Origin: Balanoglossus misakiensis
Lineage: Eukaryota > Animalia > Hemichordata
NCBI GenBank assembly: GCA_040954595.2
Contig: CM082584.2
Coordinates: forward strand, 4,158,110-4,222,109
Length of the DNA stretch: 64,000 bases
Reading direction: 5' to 3'
The notes below the pieces were generated by a model. The model saw only the letters and a program-made list of their open reading frames with translations, was not told the DNA's origin and searched no databases. The position numbers and the translations under genes were made by a program. Positions within the stretch are counted from its first letter, which is position 1. Every line of letters begins with the position of its first letter. This document shows positions 62,811 to 64,000 of this stretch, piece after piece.

Positions 62811-64000
62811 ATGGCCACCGCAAATCCCGGGAAATTGTTTTCACAGCAGTTAATGACCGACATCGATGAGAAGATCTTGATTTGTCCAATCTGTCAAGAT
62901 CGGATGACGAGACCCAAAATTCTACAGTGCGTGCACACCTTCTGTGAGAAATGTCTCCAAAAATGGGTCAGACAGAGAGGAGGTACCCTCGAATGTCCGA
63001 CGTGCCGCTTTGTCACTCCGCTTCCCGAAAAGGGGGTCGAAGGTCTCGGTAATAACCTATTCATCAACGATATTATCGACATCTTTGACAAGCTGCAACC
63101 AACTGCTCCAGATTCGGTGACCTGTGACCTCTGTGACAAAAAAGCCGACAACTGGTGTAAAGAATGCGCTCAGTTCTTATGTGATGGATGTCGCCTTATT
63201 CATCTGAAAACAAGAACCATAAAACATCACAAAGTTTTTACGATGGAAGAGTATAACAACATGGCCGAGTCTGGTCGGGATCACCTGATTCGTCCACGAT
63301 TCTGTGCAGTTCATCAGGACAATCAGCTCAAGTTATTTTGCGACCACTGTCAGAATACAGTTTGTATTGAGTGTGCAATAATCGGTCATAAAGGCACTGC
63401 GCACAACTTGGAATCGCTAGAAGATGCGTCGAAGAAATACACTCCAGAGATGCAAATCCTGGTCGACAAGTTAGCAACCAAAGTGTCTTCACTCCGCGAA
63501 ACTCAACAAGAGACAGATAGATTCATCGGAGAATACAACAAAAAGAAGAGCAAGGTGCAACAGCAGATCAGACAGAAAGCATCTGACGTCATCAAACGAG
63601 TTCACAAAGAAGAACAGCGATTGCTGGATGAAGTGACGGCAATTGATGGAAAGATCATGAAGGAAGTGCAGGCAAAGGTCGAAAAACTGGAGTTTGATCT
63701 CGGCTGTGCTGAAAACATGAATGTCTACTCGCGAAGTCTGCTGCAACACGGCAATGCAGCTGATATACTTTCCCAGAAGAAAGAACTGATGCAGAGATTG
63801 AATGAAATCATAAATGATCGTTCAACAGACCGATACGTCCCCCCACAAAACACCCGCCTTGTTTTTCAAGAGAACAGCCAGTGCATGCAACTTTCTCTTG
63901 GAGAAGTAATCGACCAATCAGAAGTGACACATGCTGCACGTGTCAGCCAATCAGTTGATCGACAGATACTACAACAGCAACCTGAGGCAACGACTGAGAA
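62811..64000 (+). CDS. Nested TRIM E3 ligase, copy C (large RBCC exon, runs off the window end)
   Basis: ATG GCC ACC GCA at 62811 after the acceptor at 62790; open to 64000 and collinear with 26102 (offset 36709). Missing from the ORF track because no stop falls in the window. Confidence 0.9.
   Translation, partial: MATANPGKLFSQQLMTDIDEKILICPICQDRMTRPKILQCVHTFCEKCLQKWVRQRGGTLECPTCRFVTPLPEKGVEGLGNNLFINDIIDIFDKLQPTAPDSVTCDLCDKKADNWCKECAQFLCDGCRLIHLKTRTIKHHKVFTMEEYNNMAESGRDHLIRPRFCAVHQDNQLKLFCDHCQNTVCIECAIIGHKGTAHNLESLEDASKKYTPEMQILVDKLATKVSSLRETQQETDRFIGEYNKKKSKVQQQIRQKASDVIKRVHKEEQRLLDEVTAIDGKIMKEVQAKVEKLEFDLGCAENMNVYSRSLLQHGNAADILSQKKELMQRLNEIINDRSTDRYVPPQNTRLVFQENSQCMQLSLGEVIDQSEVTHAARVSQSVDRQILQQQPEATTE

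Larger units (their letters stand above)
1..64000 (+). repeat. Tandem segmental array of an MSH5 + nested TRIM unit (at least 3 copies, ~30-37 kb period)
   Basis: 1 aligns to 30151, 15107 to 45784, 18196 to 53926 and 26102 to 62811. The offset varies with copy-specific insertions. Confidence 0.97.

Noticed and set aside
1-64000. Array as purely uncollapsed haplotypes
   Set aside because: Three distinct units and two homologous tail-to-head junctions argue for real tandem copies. The exact copy number still needs read support.

Overview
AT-rich, intron-rich animal DNA, most consistent with a marine invertebrate deuterostome (inference from gene style and repeat content). The whole window is a head-to-tail tandem array of a ~30-37 kb unit seen three times: the 3' half of copy A (1-~15.5 kb), complete copy B (~16.4-46 kb) and the 5' half of copy C (~48.9-64 kb). 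Each unit carries the meiotic crossover gene MSH5. In copy B I could reconstruct 22 GT-AG coding exons by hand, giving 847 aa with intact Walker A/B motifs. Nested on the SAME strand inside the ~9.6-kb intron after MSH5 coding exon 7 is a second gene: a TRIM E3 ligase (RING, B-box1, B-box2, coiled coil) whose spliced C-terminus is a remodelled Deltex C-terminal (DTC) domain, 557 aa in copy B. MSH5 exons are nearly identical between copies. The nested TRIM shows sharply bounded hypervariable patches in the B-boxes and the last DTC exon, suggesting a diversifying E3-ligase array that carries a normally single-copy meiotic gene with it. Introns are crowded with non-autonomous DNA transposons (TTAA/Kolobok-like, 9-bp-TSD TAG..CTA, TA-TSD, Harbinger-like, piggyBac-like, hairpin elements), many present in one copy and absent from another. 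Almost all short ORFs in the supplied track are spurious or exon fragments.
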